IMG/VR virus record: IMGVR_UViG_3300020577_004340
Span: 59,976-123,975 of that record
Source of the DNA: a virus
Taxonomy: Duplodnaviria > Caudoviricetes
Direction: 5' to 3' (one strand)
Length of the DNA: 64,000 nt
Part shown: positions 19,807-28,800 of the stretch, in pieces
How the letters are laid out: each line of letters starts with the position of its first letter
Position numbering within the stretch: position 1 is the stretch's first letter
Made by a program: the position numbers and the translations under genes
Notes under the pieces: generated by a model
Told to the model about the DNA's origin: nothing
What the model saw: the letters and a program-made list of their open reading frames with translations, nothing else
Databases searched by the model: none

Positions 19807-20622
19807 AGTTTATTTTTACCAATACTTCCATTATTAAATGATGTTAATATTGAAGAGTTAACAGATACAGAATTAATTGAATTGGCTAAACCATTAGTTA
19901 AAGAAGTTCAAGAATTTATAAATACATCATACACACCATATGCGAAGAAATTCCATATGATAGATACTCACCGTTGGGACATTAAACAAGAATTAATTGC
20001 TAGACGAGCCTTTTGGATTACAAAGAAAAGGTATGCTCAATGGATAGTTGTTAAAGAAGGATTTCCCATAGAAAAATTGGATGTGAAGGGTTTGGACGTA
20101 GTTAGATCATCATTTCCAACAGCATTTAGAAATTTATTAAAACAAGTTTTAATTGACATTTTACATGATAAATCTAAAAAAGATTTAGATATATTATTGT
20201 TAAATTTCAAAAAAACAGTTAATACCACTGAATTAAATAACATTTTATTCCCTACAGGTGCAAAGGAAATTAAAAAATATGAAACTGGTGTTATAGGTAG
20301 AGTTAAATCTGGAACTCCAGCACATATCAAATCTGCTATTAATTATAACCATTTAATGGATTTGTTTAATATTGTAGATATACCAAAAATATCAGATGGG
20401 GATAAAATATTATGGGGATATTTACACAATAATCCGTATAATTTCGAATCTTTAGCTATAACTGGTAATTTCGATGATGAAAAGATTATTGAATTTATGG
20501 AGAAATATGTAGATAAAAATAAAATATTTGAATCAGGACTGTTAAAAAAACTTCAGGCATATTGGGATGCTATGGGATGGGGAAAAATTACATTTAATTC
20601 CAATGTTAATAAATTTTTCTAG
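19669..20622 (+). CDS. Family B DNA polymerase C-terminal precursor (split-intein C-half plus C-extein)
   Basis: Intein end FFANNILVHN then SLF; KKRYA, VKGLDVVRSS. Confidence 0.93.
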   Translation: MSRIYKPVTDEISSIEELPLEDVYMYDIGMKDSPHTFFANNILVHNSLFLPILPLLNDVNIEELTDTELIELAKPLVKEVQEFINTSYTPYAKKFHMIDTHRWDIKQELIARRAFWITKKRYAQWIVVKEGFPIEKLDVKGLDVVRSSFPTAFRNLLKQVLIDILHDKSKKDLDILLLNFKKTVNTTELNNILFPTGAKEIKKYETGVIGRVKSGTPAHIKSAINYNHLMDLFNIVDIPKISDGDKILWGYLHNNPYNFESLAITGNFDDEKIIEFMEKYVDKNKIFESGLLKKLQAYWDAMGWGKITFNSNVNKFF

Positions 20623-20630
20623 AAAATAAA

Positions 20631-20662
20631 TTTGGAAAAGTGAAATAATATTCGTATATTAG
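20631..20662 (+). promoter_or_regulatory. Bacteroidota-type promoter (variant -7 box)
   Basis: TTTG-N20-TATATTAG upstream of the clamp gene. Confidence 0.6.
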
Positions 20663-20683
20663 TTAATAAACAATAATAAAAAA

Positions 20684-21397
20684 ATGGAAAAGAAAAAACT
20701 TATTAATTTTATCAATAAATATCATTTAGGCGGAACAGTTAATGCCGTGAAAATTAAGAGTAAAGGCGACAAATTATTAACAACATTCACCACAGATTCG
20801 AGAACAATTCTTGGATTCGTAGCAACTAGTGGAATTCCATTTGATGAATGTGAATTGGGGGTGTATAATACACCACTGTTATTGAAATTGTTAAATGCAA
20901 TGGATACTGAAATTGAATTAACACCAATCATTGAAAGAAGTAAATATACTGGTTTAAATTTAAAAGACAAAAGTCTTAAAGCAACGTTTATCCTTTCTGA
21001 TTTGGATGTAATACCAGATGCACCTGAATTACAGAATTTACCGACAACTACTTTCGAAACAAATATAACTCCAGAATTTATTTCAAGATTTGCATCAGCA
21101 AAAGCCGCATTATCAGATGCTAAGACGGTGAGTTTTGTTCAACAAGGTAATGAGATTCATTTGATTATTAATTATGAGGATTTTAATTCAGACAGGATAG
21201 CGATAGACTTGGGTATTGAATATTCCAATCCATTAATGCCACTGAAATTCGATTCAGATGCCTTTTTATCTATAATTAATGCAAATAAAGATTGTACTTC
21301 TGGAAAGATGTTAGTTAGTGAAGAGGGGTTACTTACCTTAACATTTACTGGTGATGGTTTCCAAACCAAGTATCTTTTAGTAATGTTAAGTAAATAA
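20684..21397 (+). CDS. Sliding clamp (gp45/PCNA-like)
   Basis: 237 aa, LGVYNTPLLLKLL and C-terminal VSEEGLLTLTF..YLLV pattern; position after PolB. Confidence 0.65.
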   Translation: MEKKKLINFINKYHLGGTVNAVKIKSKGDKLLTTFTTDSRTILGFVATSGIPFDECELGVYNTPLLLKLLNAMDTEIELTPIIERSKYTGLNLKDKSLKATFILSDLDVIPDAPELQNLPTTTFETNITPEFISRFASAKAALSDAKTVSFVQQGNEIHLIINYEDFNSDRIAIDLGIEYSNPLMPLKFDSDAFLSIINANKDCTSGKMLVSEEGLLTLTFTGDGFQTKYLLVMLSK

Positions 21398-21564
21398 TTA
21401 AATAATGACTGAATTAATAAGAATTGACGAAATATTAGCTGAAGCATCATCATATTTTATCAGAGGAGAGGTGACTGTTTTAGCTACTGTATTTAAATTG
21501 ATACACCCACATAAATCTAATAGTGAGTGTTATAATGATGCTTTTTTATATTTAATAAATTTGT

Positions 21565-22107
21565 ATGGAATATAAGAAATTATTGAGTGAAAATGAAATT
21601 GACACTATTGTAGACAGTTTAGCTTTCTATTTATCGAGGGATTATTTAGATGAAACCAATCAATATTTATTTGTCAATGTATTAGATGGAGGCACTCCTT
21701 TTTTTAATTTATTGTATGATAAATTAGATAACACACGGTTTAAATTAATTCCAGATTCTGTAAAATGTAAATCATATACTGGTGTGAATACAACGGGTTG
21801 GAAATTAATACAACCGATTCATAATACCGATGAAACAATTAAGAAAGTTATAATAGTTGATGACATTCTAGATAGTGGACTTACATTATATAATTTAACA
21901 GATTATTTTATGGAATTAGGATTTAACGAAATAATTTGTGTTACACTATTGGAAAAAGATGTACTTAATAAAACATATCATCCTGTCCCCAAATATATAT
22001 CGGGTCATTACATAAATGACATTTGGGTTTGTGGTTTTGGTATGGATTCAATAGATGGAACCCGCAGGGATGCGAGAGAAATATATCAAATATTAATGTT
22101 AATATAA
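21565..22107 (+). CDS. Hypoxanthine-guanine phosphoribosyltransferase-like
   Basis: VLDGG, KSY, VIIVDDILDSGLT, LLEK, WVCGFGMD. Confidence 0.85.
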   Translation: MEYKKLLSENEIDTIVDSLAFYLSRDYLDETNQYLFVNVLDGGTPFFNLLYDKLDNTRFKLIPDSVKCKSYTGVNTTGWKLIQPIHNTDETIKKVIIVDDILDSGLTLYNLTDYFMELGFNEIICVTLLEKDVLNKTYHPVPKYISGHYINDIWVCGFGMDSIDGTRRDAREIYQILMLI

Positions 22108-22451
22108 TTGTAATGGAGGTAATAAGGCATTTATTTGGAATGTGTGGTGAACATTCACACCCGTCCATATTCAATATAGGGATGATTATCCCAGAAGTGT
22201 ATTTTGTAATTAAAATAGTCAAACATCTGTTTTATGGGAAAACGAAAACAGACATTTCGCCAAGGAAATTTGTTATATAATACAGTAGATAATTATTTTT
22301 GTATTTATATACAAAAAAATACTAAATTTAATTATCATCATATATTTCAGTTGGAAGAAGGTAATATTGTTGGGATGTACGTAGTAAAGGGGACAGAACT
22401 CACTATACCAAATACAATACCAGAATATTTAAATCATTTAATTAATTAATT

Positions 22452-23265
22452 ATGGGAAAAAAACAGTATATTACTAGAAAAGGGAATTTTGATTCGGGGC
22501 ATCGTGTTATGAACGAACGTCTTAAATGTTTTCATGTCCATTTTTAATTGATGGTGGACACTAAATTGGGTGAATTGCTGGAACGCTAAGTTATTTAATA
22601 TGCCAATCAGCAGCCAAGACTAACTTAGGTTTAAAGAGTTAGTAAGGTTCAGAGACTAGGAAGTGAGCCTAACAATATTCTTCCCACGAGCGCCCAACAC
22701 TTATTAATAGGTGATGATATAGTCCGAACTTATAAGAAATTATAAGAAGTGAATGATAAAGAACTTTCACGATAACATTTTGGGTCATACGTATTTGTAT
22801 CAATTAACTTTTTCCTTTAATTCCATGGAAGAAATTGGTTATGCAATTGATTTTAAAGAAATCAAAAGAGTAATGTGTCAATGGATAGACGATTATTTAG
22901 ATCACGGTATAATTTTAAATCCACATGATTCAGTATTAATATCAGCTGCTGCAGAGTTAGGCAGTAAAATGTGGTTAATGTCCCTAAATGGGATTGGCGA
23001 ATATTGTAACCCATCAGTAGAGAATATCGCTAAAGAAGTGTGCATTGCAATTGATACTTTGACGAGACTTTTATATGCCAAATCCTCTACTAAATTAACT
23101 TTACATAAAGTTAAAATATATGAAACACCTAATTGTTTTACTACAATTAAAAGAGAAGATATACCTAAAAGTGAAGTGAATAATTTTTTAGATAAAAACA
23201 TGCAATTTCTTGTTGATTATGCTAAAGAAAAGGGTGTTGTTCAATACGATGATAGAAAATTGTAA
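22452..23265 (+). CDS. queD: 6-carboxytetrahydropterin synthase, spliced (exons 22452-22541 and 22783-23265; 190 aa)
   Basis: Joined exons give FDSGHRV..KCFHVH|GHTY (CxxxHGH), IDFKEIK, LDHG, NPSVENIA, YETP. Confidence 0.88.
22542..22782 (+). ncRNA. Group I intron (IA-like, ORF-less, 241 nt) in queD
   Basis: P GAATTGCTGGAA, Q AATCAGCAG, R GTTCAGAGACTA, S GATATAGTCC; P3 TTGGGTG/CGCCCAA; P7 GACTA/TAGTC; P1 TGTCCAT/GTGGACA with U.G at the splice site; terminal G. Confidence 0.92.
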
Positions 23266-23288
23266 TTTTTAATATTAAAATAAAAAAG

Positions 23289-23501
23289 ATGGAAAAATTT
23301 TATGAAGTAAAAGTGGTGGTTAAAACTGAAAATGACAAGGGTGGATTAAAAAAATCAACTGAAACTTTTTTAGTTAGTGCTGTAGGTGTTACCGATGCTG
23401 AAGTTATCATTACTAAAGATTTTGAAGGTGATAGGAGAGAATGGGAAATTTCTGCTGTAAGAGAAACCAAAATAATTAAGGTATTATCTGCAAATGAGTA
23501 A
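23289..23501 (+). CDS. DUF4494-like protein
   Basis: FYEVKV..ENDKGGLKK.TETFLV.A..VTDAE pattern typical of this Bacteroidota-associated family. Confidence 0.65.
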   Translation: MEKFYEVKVVVKTENDKGGLKKSTETFLVSAVGVTDAEVIITKDFEGDRREWEISAVRETKIIKVLSANE

Positions 23502-24546
23502 GAGAATATATATCTTCGATAATTCAACTTCTGGACTAAGATATAATATTCAATGGAGTAAGTTTATTCCAGATGAATTACAATCTTGGGGTTATGAAGT
23601 TCAGGTTATAAGTGGCCTTGAATTAAATTACCATAAGTTGGGTTATCGAGGAAATATATTAAATAGTGGCGCCCTAATAACTAATTTAGGGAATCTATTA
23701 TTGGAAAGTAATTTAACTGAAAAAAGTATTTTTATATTCCCTGAAGCAAGAAATCCAATGGTCATTTATCTTAATGAATTACGTCAAATGTATGATTTAG
23801 ATATTACAATTATTGGGTGGTGGAATGACCATACATTCAATACCGATGGGAATATACGAAAACAATTTTCCAGAAGAAAACGAGATTGGACGGTTAAAGT
23901 TGATAGAGCCTTAATGTCGGCATATGATTATAATATGTGTTACACAGATCGACAATATAAGGTATTAAGTTACAACAACCGCCATGAAAAGAATATATAT
24001 AAATGTTGTTTGCCATTATCGAGTATCAATGGAGAAAATGTAGATAGATTGTTAGGATATGATTATACAAAGGAAGACAGAATTATCATTAATACTAATT
24101 TTAACAATCGTTATGACCCTGATTTTATAAAGACATTACAGTTATTATATAAAGATTATGAATTTCATGTAGTACACGAACAGAATTTAACATATAAAGA
24201 ATATTATCAGATTGTACGTAAGAGTAAACTTTGTATTAATGTTAATCAGACTGATACTACACCTTGGTCAATTTATGAAAATTTAGTTTTAGGAGCAATT
24301 CCAATACTACCTGCCACTGAATTATACACACATATATTTTCAGAAAAACAATGTTTATTTTTTAAAAAACACTTGATGAAAAAACCTTATATTAAATACA
24401 TGAGAAACACTGAACATATTACAGAATATGTTAAACGTTTATTAACCGATTATGACGATATGTATGCGCAATTGGATATTCAAAGCATCCATGACGCATA
24501 TTTCAATTCAAACGATTTAAAACAGATTTTAAATGAGCTTAAATAG
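23494..24546 (+). CDS. Divergent GT-B glycosyltransferase-like protein
   Basis: Collinear with 15249-16235 (RY..., LTYKEYY, LGAIPILP) but HAGS and ExxxxxxxE motifs are altered. Confidence 0.55.
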   Translation: MSKRIYIFDNSTSGLRYNIQWSKFIPDELQSWGYEVQVISGLELNYHKLGYRGNILNSGALITNLGNLLLESNLTEKSIFIFPEARNPMVIYLNELRQMYDLDITIIGWWNDHTFNTDGNIRKQFSRRKRDWTVKVDRALMSAYDYNMCYTDRQYKVLSYNNRHEKNIYKCCLPLSSINGENVDRLLGYDYTKEDRIIINTNFNNRYDPDFIKTLQLLYKDYEFHVVHEQNLTYKEYYQIVRKSKLCINVNQTDTTPWSIYENLVLGAIPILPATELYTHIFSEKQCLFFKKHLMKKPYIKYMRNTEHITEYVKRLLTDYDDMYAQLDIQSIHDAYFNSNDLKQILNELK

Positions 24547-25165
24547 AAACATTGAAAATACCTTATGGGTAGAAAAATACAGACCAAAAACAATGGACGA
24601 TTATGTTGGTAATCAATCGATAATCGATACTATTAAAACGTATATTGAGAATGATGATATTCCAAATCTATTATTATATGGTAGTGCAGGAACTGGTAAG
24701 ACAACGTTGGGAAAAATCGTAACTAATACACTTGATTGTGATTGTCTATATATAAATGCGTCCGATGAAAATAATATTGATACTGTTCGAGATAAGATTA
24801 AATCATTTGTTAGCTCAATTGGTTTTAAGAAATGGAAATTGGTATTTTTAGACGAATGTTTAGAAGCGGGTACATTAGTTCGTATCTTGAGAAATGGGGG
24901 TGAAATATCCATACCAATTGAAGATTTGGACCCAATTAATGATTTAGTTAAATCATTTAATGTTGATACAAAATGTATTGAGTGGGTTCCGTTTACATTG
25001 TATTACAAAGATATACAGAATATTTGGGAAATTGAATTAGAGAATGGATTTATTATTAGATGTACAGATGACCATAAATGGTATGTATTAGATGACGTTG
25101 GAGAGACGATAGTAGTAAAAACGATTGATTTACATAAATATGACCATATATTAAGTCCAAAGTAA
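24533..25165 (+). CDS. Clamp loader (RFC/gp44-like) N-terminal precursor plus split-intein N-half
   Basis: LWVEKYRP, GSAGTGKTT, INASD, LVFLDE followed by intein CLEAGT. Confidence 0.92.
   Translation: MSLNRNIENTLWVEKYRPKTMDDYVGNQSIIDTIKTYIENDDIPNLLLYGSAGTGKTTLGKIVTNTLDCDCLYINASDENNIDTVRDKIKSFVSSIGFKKWKLVFLDECLEAGTLVRILRNGGEISIPIEDLDPINDLVKSFNVDTKCIEWVPFTLYYKDIQNIWEIELENGFIIRCTDDHKWYVLDDVGETIVVKTIDLHKYDHILSPK
24857..25162 (+). mobile_element. Split intein N-half (102 aa, Cys1)
   Basis: CLEAGTLV start; block B IRCTDDHKW. Confidence 0.88.
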
Positions 25166-25206
25166 TACATATAAATTTAAAAACATGTTGTATATGTGGT
25201 GTTGGT

Positions 25207-26445
25207 ATGACTAAAAATCATTTACGTCGGCATAACATATCTAGACGGGAGTATTATGATTTATATGTAAAGAGTGATACTGAAGGTATTTGTAATGGGT
25301 GTGGAATACCAACACAATTCATTAGCTGTACCTTTGGATATATAAATAATTGTATATTATGTTCTAACCGTTTAATAGGAAAAAACAAAGCGGATACAAA
25401 TAAAAAGAAATTAATAAAATGTACATGTAAAATATGTAATACAGAATTTTTAAATAAAATTTTTAGAAATATATGTACTAGTCGTAAATGTCGAATATAC
25501 ATTCAAACATGTCCAATAGATGATTATACAAAGGTATCGTTCATTGAATATATGAGTTGCCCATATTGTAATAAAAAATTTAATAAGTTATCCGGTTTCA
25601 AAACTCATTTACGTACTCATTTTTCGTTCGAACGCGTGCCTGAGATTCTACAATATATTGGAATGTCCGTTTGGAAAACGGCTATACCAAAATGTAAATA
25701 TTGTAATAATTTATTTATTGAAAAATATTCCGATAAATTCTACAATTCAGTTGGACAATGTTGTCCGGAGTGTTTTGAGTCCAAGATATGGTTATCTAAT
25801 GAATTTCGTGACAGAAAGGCGATAGGTAAAAAAATTGGGGAAACTAGAAAAATTACCAATAAAACTGAAAGAGGTAAAGCTATTCTGAAGAGAGTTGGCG
25901 AAATAAATTCCAAGAAAATGCAGTTATATTTAAAAACTGATATTGGTAAAGAATCTATGTTATTACGTGCGAAGAAGAATTCAATTAAGATGAAGAAGAA
26001 TATTGCAAATGGCAAATTCACTCCATGTATTACAAATTCTTGGACACATTGGAAATCACAGATAATTTTAGAAGACGGTACAATTAAAAAATTTAGAAGT
26101 AGTTGGGAAGCATGTGTATGGAATAGTAATAGGCATTTGGAGTATGAAACAATTAGGATACCATATCAATACAATGAAGACACTAAAAATTATGTTGCTG
26201 ATTTTTACGACAAAGAAACCAATACTATATATGAAATAAAACCAAAAAAGACTTGGGATAAAGTTCATACTAAAATGGAACAGGTGATATTTTATTGTTC
26301 AGAAAAAAAGATTAATTTTATTTGGATAAATGAAGATAATATATTATCTTATATAAACACTTTAGATTTTGAAGGTGAGAATTTAACACAATTAAATAAA
26401 TTATACAATGGAATTACAACAAATAAAAATAAAAACAATAACTAA
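25207..26445 (+). CDS. Free-standing putative homing endonuclease (zinc fingers plus TnsA-like PD-(D/E)XK domain)
   Basis: Multiple CxxC/C2H2 motifs; FRSSWE, YETIRIPY, YVADF, IYEIKP; inserted between intein halves in a different frame. Confidence 0.75.
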   Translation: MTKNHLRRHNISRREYYDLYVKSDTEGICNGCGIPTQFISCTFGYINNCILCSNRLIGKNKADTNKKKLIKCTCKICNTEFLNKIFRNICTSRKCRIYIQTCPIDDYTKVSFIEYMSCPYCNKKFNKLSGFKTHLRTHFSFERVPEILQYIGMSVWKTAIPKCKYCNNLFIEKYSDKFYNSVGQCCPECFESKIWLSNEFRDRKAIGKKIGETRKITNKTERGKAILKRVGEINSKKMQLYLKTDIGKESMLLRAKKNSIKMKKNIANGKFTPCITNSWTHWKSQIILEDGTIKKFRSSWEACVWNSNRHLEYETIRIPYQYNEDTKNYVADFYDKETNTIYEIKPKKTWDKVHTKMEQVIFYCSEKKINFIWINEDNILSYINTLDFEGENLTQLNKLYNGITTNKNKNNN

Positions 26446-27148
26446 TACACAAACAAGTTCGCCTGTTTATGATTTAACTGTTCCGTCGAATCATAATTTT
26501 TTTATTGGAGAGTCGGGGGACATATTAACCCACAATTGTGATTATTTGACGACCAATGCCCAATCAGCATTAAGAAATTTAATAGAAACATTTTCTAAGA
26601 ATTCACGTTTCATTTTAACATGTAATTATGTCGAAAAGATATTAGACCCTATACAAAGTCGGTGCACAGCATTTCAAATTCATCCCCCGACACAACAAGA
26701 TATCGCAAAAAGATTGTTTACAATATGTAAGGCAGAAGATATTAAATGTGAATTACCAGATATAGTAACAATTGTTAAAAAGACGTATCCAGATATTAGA
26801 AGATCTATAATGTCATTGCAACAGCAAAGTATTTCAGGTGAATTGAAATTGAATAATGATTTGTTGTTGGAAACTGGCTATCTTGGATTAATATTGACTG
26901 AACTATGTAATATTAAAGACCCGAAGACAACATACAAAAATATACGAAAGATAATTGCCGATTCTAAAGTTAGAACATTTGAATCTTTATACAGATTTTT
27001 ATATGATAATTTAGATTCTTACAGTAAAGCAAACCAAGCAAACATTATATTAATAATTGCAAGATATCAATATCAAGATTCGTTCGTTGTTGACAAGGAG
27101 ATAAATGTAATGGCAATGCTACTAGAAATATTTTCGGAACTAAAATAA
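26408..27148 (+). CDS. Clamp loader C-terminal precursor (43-aa split-intein C-half at 26408-26536 plus C-extein)
   Basis: VYDLTV..NHNFF..ILTHN|CDYLT.NAQSALR, FILTCNY, IQSRC, DIRR. Confidence 0.92.
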   Translation: MELQQIKIKTITNTQTSSPVYDLTVPSNHNFFIGESGDILTHNCDYLTTNAQSALRNLIETFSKNSRFILTCNYVEKILDPIQSRCTAFQIHPPTQQDIAKRLFTICKAEDIKCELPDIVTIVKKTYPDIRRSIMSLQQQSISGELKLNNDLLLETGYLGLILTELCNIKDPKTTYKNIRKIIADSKVRTFESLYRFLYDNLDSYSKANQANIILIIARYQYQDSFVVDKEINVMAMLLEIFSELK

Positions 27149-27157
27149 AAAACTATT

Positions 27158-27376
27158 ATGACACCTGATATGTTAATGACCCACGCCAATGACGTGGAAT
27201 GTAAGAATTGTAAATCTATATTCTTTACCCAAGAATTTTTATTAAAGAGAGTATCAAAATTTGTAACTGCACAAGAAAAGGATACTGTAATGCCAATACC
27301 AGTATTTAGATGTAGTAATTGTTTAGCGCCCCTAGAGTTGTATGATGAAACAAATCCATCGGATTTAATTAATTAA
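27158..27376 (+). CDS. Small zinc-ribbon protein
   Basis: CKNC...CSNC. Confidence 0.6.
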   Translation: MTPDMLMTHANDVECKNCKSIFFTQEFLLKRVSKFVTAQEKDTVMPIPVFRCSNCLAPLELYDETNPSDLIN

Positions 27377-27381
27377 AAAAT

Positions 27382-27831
27382 ATGAGTAAAAGTATATTTG
27401 AATTCATTTCGGATATTTTTGAAAAAAAAACACCTTGGGCTGATTTAACAGAAAGTGATCGAAAATCATTTAATACATATATGCTTAATCGATGGATATC
27501 CATGAATCCAGATTATACAGAATTTATTAATATGATTCAACAATATTCAATAGGAGTGTTGAATGCCAGAGAGGTGTATAAACTTTATCAAGATATTCTA
27601 CCTAAAACTAAATTTTATGTTAAATATGTTAAAGGGGATGGCGTTAATAAAGATTTTAATGATAATTTAATTGAGTTTATAGCAAATAAAATGGAATGGT
27701 CTCAATATCGAACCGTTCAGTATTTAGAGTTATTAAAAATGTTGGACACTGATAATAATATCCTAAAAGAATTTATTGGAAAATATGGTTTTGATGCACC
27801 CACATTGAAAAAACAATTTGGTTTAAAATAA
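27382..27831 (+). CDS. Clamp loader A subunit (gp62-like)
   Basis: FNTYMLNRWISM pattern; position after the gp44-like gene. Confidence 0.6.
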   Translation: MSKSIFEFISDIFEKKTPWADLTESDRKSFNTYMLNRWISMNPDYTEFINMIQQYSIGVLNAREVYKLYQDILPKTKFYVKYVKGDGVNKDFNDNLIEFIANKMEWSQYRTVQYLELLKMLDTDNNILKEFIGKYGFDAPTLKKQFGLK

Positions 27832-27837
27832 AATAAT

Positions 27838-28800
27838 ATGGATGAAAAGGATTCGATAAAATATGCTTCGGGTATCTTTGCAATTAAACCTAAGCCAATC
27901 GATTGGTCGTGTGAAAAAATAGTTTCTTTTTCTCAATTTTCGTCTTTTAATTCATGCCCCAAAAAATGGGCATTGCGATATATTCATCGTCACAAATTAC
28001 CATCAGAATCAATTGATTTAGTATATGGTACTGCTGTACACTATGTGATTCAACTATATATCAAAACTATGTTTTTAGAAACAATTAAAAAGGCGAATGA
28101 ACTAGATTTAAATGATATATTGTTAAACAAATTAAAATCAGAGTATAAACTAAGAGTAGAAATCAATGGGGGGCATTTTTCAACACCAACAGAATTGGCG
28201 ACATATTATTCATATGGAGTAGAAGTGTTAAATTATCTTAAAAAGCATAGAGCTAAATATTTTACAACTAAAAATACTAAATTAATTGGAATTGAATTGC
28301 CTATAAGTACGATATCTACACCGGATAGACCTTTCACTAGATTAGAATGTCATTTAGATTTAGTATTATATAATACAGTTATTGATAAATATTCAATAAT
28401 AGATTTCAAGACATCCAGACGTGGATGGAATGAATATAAAAAGAAAGACAAAAACACCACCAATCAATTGGTGTTGTATAAGAAATTCTTTTGTGAAACA
28501 TACAATATAGACTATGATAAGGTTGATGTACAATATTTTATATTGAAATCAGAAATTGATGCAAATTCATTGTGGCCACAAAAAAGAATACAAGAATTCA
28601 ATCCTTCACACGGTAAGATTTCAATGGGAAATGTATATAAAGAATTTAAATTATTCATAGAATCTTGTTTCAATCGCGATGGCACATATAATATTAATAG
28701 AAATTACCCAGCATTTGCTAGTAAGGGTGGTTATAATTGTTCATTTTGTCCATATCTAGATCGAGATGATTTATGTCCAAAAAATAATAGAATTACTTAA
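27838..28800 (+). CDS. Cas4/RecB-like PD-(D/E)XK exonuclease
   Basis: SFSQ..CP, GTAVH, LDLV, IIDFKT, QL.LY, CSFCPY..C. Confidence 0.8.
   Translation: MDEKDSIKYASGIFAIKPKPIDWSCEKIVSFSQFSSFNSCPKKWALRYIHRHKLPSESIDLVYGTAVHYVIQLYIKTMFLETIKKANELDLNDILLNKLKSEYKLRVEINGGHFSTPTELATYYSYGVEVLNYLKKHRAKYFTTKNTKLIGIELPISTISTPDRPFTRLECHLDLVLYNTVIDKYSIIDFKTSRRGWNEYKKKDKNTTNQLVLYKKFFCETYNIDYDKVDVQYFILKSEIDANSLWPQKRIQEFNPSHGKISMGNVYKEFKLFIESCFNRDGTYNINRNYPAFASKGGYNCSFCPYLDRDDLCPKNNRIT

Noticed and set aside
22753-23265. 170-aa ORF as a complete stand-alone gene
   Set aside because: Its first 10 codons are intron sequence; the QueD N-terminus is in exon 22452-22541
27838-28800. CRISPR-Cas system (Cas4-like gene; TnpBs as Cas12)
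   Set aside because: No repeat-spacer array or cas1/cas2 seen; the TnpBs have IS ends; stand-alone Cas4-like nucleases are common in phages
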